The notes under the pieces: generated by a model
What the model saw: the letters and a program-made list of their open reading frames with translations, nothing else
Database searches by the model: none
What the model was told of the DNA's origin: nothing
Program-made: the position numbers and the translations under genes
Part shown: positions 61,401 through 64,000 of the stretch, piece by piece
How positions within the stretch are numbered: the first letter of the stretch is position 1
Layout: every line of letters begins with the position of its first letter
From: Eledone cirrhosa
Lineage: Eukaryota
Length of the DNA stretch: 64,000 bases
Assembly: GCA_964016885.1 (NCBI GenBank)
Contig: OZ024743.1
Coordinates: 332,506,001-332,570,000 of the forward strand
Reading direction: 5' to 3'

Positions 61401-64000
61401 AAATATTGAGAGAAAGGGAGGGACCAGATATAGAGCAGGAAATACTGAGAGAAAGGGAGAGACCAGATATAGGGCAGGAAATACTGAGAGAAAGGGAAAG
61501 ACCAGATATAAGGCAGGAAATACTGAGAGAAAGGGAGAGACCAGATATAAGGGAGGAAATATTGAGAGAAAGGTAGGGACCAGATATAGGTCAGGAAATA
61601 TTGAGAGAAAGGGAGGGACCAGATATAGGGCAGGAAATATTGAGAGAAAAGGGAGAGACCAGATATAGGGGAGGAAATATTGAGACAAAAAGAGGGACCA
61701 GATATAGGGCAGGAAATATTGAGAGAAAGGGAGAGACCAGATATAGGGCAGGAAATATTGTGAGAAAGGGAGGGACCAGATATAGGGCAGGAAATATTGA
61801 GAGAAAGGGAGGGACCAGATATAGAGCAGGAAATACTGAGAGAAAGGGAGAGATCAGATATAGGGCAGGAAATACTGATAGAAAGGGAGGGATCAGATAT
61901 AGGGCAGGAAATATTGAGACAAAGGGAGAGACCAGATATAAGGCAGGAAATATTGAGAGAAAGGGAGAGACCAGATATTAGGGAGGAAATATTGAGAGAA
62001 AGGGAGGGAGAAGATATAGGGCAGGAAATATTGAGAGAACGGGAGGGACCAGATATAGGGCAGGAAATACTGAGAGAAAGGGAGAGACCAGATATAAGGC
62101 AGGAAATACTGGGAGATAGGGAGGGACCAGATATAGGGCAGGAAATATTGAGAGAAAGGGAGGGACAAGATATAGGGCAGGAAATATTGTAAGAAAGGGA
62201 GAGACCAGATATAAGGCAGGAAATACTGAGAGAAAGGGAGGGATCAGATATAAGGCAGGAAATATTGAGAGAAAGAGAGGGACCAGATAAAGGGCAGGAA
62301 ATACTGAGAGAAAGAGAGGGACCAGATATAATGCAGGAAATATTGAGAGAAAGGGAGGGACCAGATATAGGGCAGGAAATACTGAGAGAAAGGGAGAGAC
62401 CAGATATTTGGGAGGAAATATTGAGAGAAAGGGAGGGACAAGATATAGGGCAGGAAATATTGAGATAAAGGGAGAGACCAGATATAGCGGAGGAAATACT
62501 GAGAGAAGGGGAGTGACCAGATATAAGGCAGGAAATACTGGGAAATAGGGAGGGACCAGATATAGGGCAGGAAATATTGAGAGAAAGGGAAGGACAAGAT
62601 ATAGGGCAGGAAATATTGAGAGAAAGGGAGAGACCAGATATAGCGGAGGAAATACTGAGAGACAGGGAGGGACCAGATATAGGGCAGGAAATATTGAGAG
62701 AAAGGGAGAGACCAGATATAGCGGAGGAAATATTGAGAGAAAGGGAGGGACAAGATATAGGGCAGGAAATATTGAGAGAAAGGGAGAGACCAGATATAGG
62801 GCAGGAAATACTGAGAGAAGGGGAGTGACCAGATATAAGGCAGGAAATACTGGGAGATAGGGAGGGACCAGATATAGGGCAGGAAATATTGAGAGAAAGG
62901 GAAGGACAAGATATAGGGCAGGAAATATTGAGAGAAAGGGAGAGACCAGATATAGCGGAGGAAATACTGAGAGAAAGGGAGGGACCAGATATAGGGCAGG
63001 AAATATTGAGAGAAAGGGAGAGACCAGATATAGCGGAGGAAATACTGAGAGAAAGGGAGGGACCAGATATAAGGCAGGAAATACTGAGAGATAGGGAGGG
63101 ACCAGATATGGGGCAGGAAATATTGAGAGAAAGGGAGAGACCAGATATAAGGCAGGAAATGCTGGGAGATAGGGAGGGACCAGATATAGGGCAGGAAATA
63201 TTGAGAGAAAGGGAGGGACAAGATATAGCGGAGGAAATACTGAGAGAAAGGGAGGGACCAGATATAGGGTAGGAAATATTGAGAGAAAGGGAGAGACCAG
63301 ATATAGGGCAGGAAATACTGGGAGATAGGGAAGGACCAGATATAGGGCAGGAAATATTGAGAGAAAGGGAGAGACCAGATATAAGGCAGGAAATACTGGG
63401 AGATAGGGAGGGACCAGATATAGGGCAGGAAATATTGAGAGAAAGGGAGAGACCAGATATAGGGCAGGAAATACTGAGAGAAAGGGAGGGACCAGATATA
63501 GGGCAGGAAATATTGAGAGAAAAAGAGTGACCAGATATAAGGCAGGGAATATTGAGAGTAAGGGAGGGACCAGATATAAGGCAGCAATATTGAGAGAAAG
63601 GGAGGTGCCAGATATAAGGCAGGAAATATTGAGAGATAGGGAGAGACAAGATATAGGGCAGGAAATATTGAGAGATCGGGAGGGACCAGATATAACGGAG
63701 GAAATACTGAGAGAAGGGGGGGACCAGATATAAGGCAGGAAATACTGAGAGAAATAAGGGACCAGGTATAAGGCAGGGAATATTGAGAGAAAGGGAGAGA
63801 CCAGATATAGGGCAGGAAATACTGAGAGAAAGGGAGGGACGAGATATAAGGCAGGAAATACTGAGGGAAAGGAAGGGACCAGATATAAGGCGAGGAATAT
63901 TGAGAGAAAGGGAGAGACCAGATGTAGGGCAGGAAATACTGAGAGAAAGGGAGAGACCAGATATAGGGGAAGAAATATTGAGAGAAAGGGAGGGACCAGA
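52485..64000. repeat. 39-bp satellite array (>11.5 kb, runs off window) with higher-order repeats
   Basis: Consensus GACCAGATATAGGGCAGGAAATATTGAGAGAAAGGGAGG; variant marker ATAAGGGACCAGGTATAAG at 54951, 58769, 60170, 63754. Confidence 0.97.
54426..54504 (-). mobile_element. Truncated SINE inserted in the satellite
   Basis: TGTTTCTACTTTAGGCACAAGG...GTAAGGATGAA, with AGGAAATACT on both sides. Confidence 0.88.

Noticed and set aside
52366-63733. Long ORFs (up to 1397 aa) in the satellite
   Set aside because: Artefact of a 39-bp (13-codon) unit lacking stops in some frames; open on both strands with frequent frame switches

Overview
Eukaryotic, very repeat-rich, AT/microsatellite-rich DNA. The SINE families and overall repeat landscape look cephalopod (Octopus-like); this is an inference. 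No host protein-coding gene can be supported. Contents: a young RTE-clade LINE family (one near-intact ~3.6 kb copy plus three truncated copies) with a PHD finger inside the RT region; Rex3/Expander-like RTE fragments; Tx1/L1-type 3' fragments in simple repeats; CRE-type fragments; decayed mariner and hAT transposases; a 5.9 kb Helitron with exact ends; two Penelope-like GIY-YIG elements; several tRNA-derived SINEs; and a >11 kb 39-bp satellite with higher-order structure. The most striking unannotated signal is at least eight sequence-unrelated type I hammerhead ribozyme motifs between 9.7 and 34.9 kb. They sit in short (TA)n-embedded elements, several of which are near-perfect fold-back palindromes. 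One is a 631-bp terminally redundant, retrozyme-like unit. All ribozyme folds were made by eye and none has been tested for cleavage.
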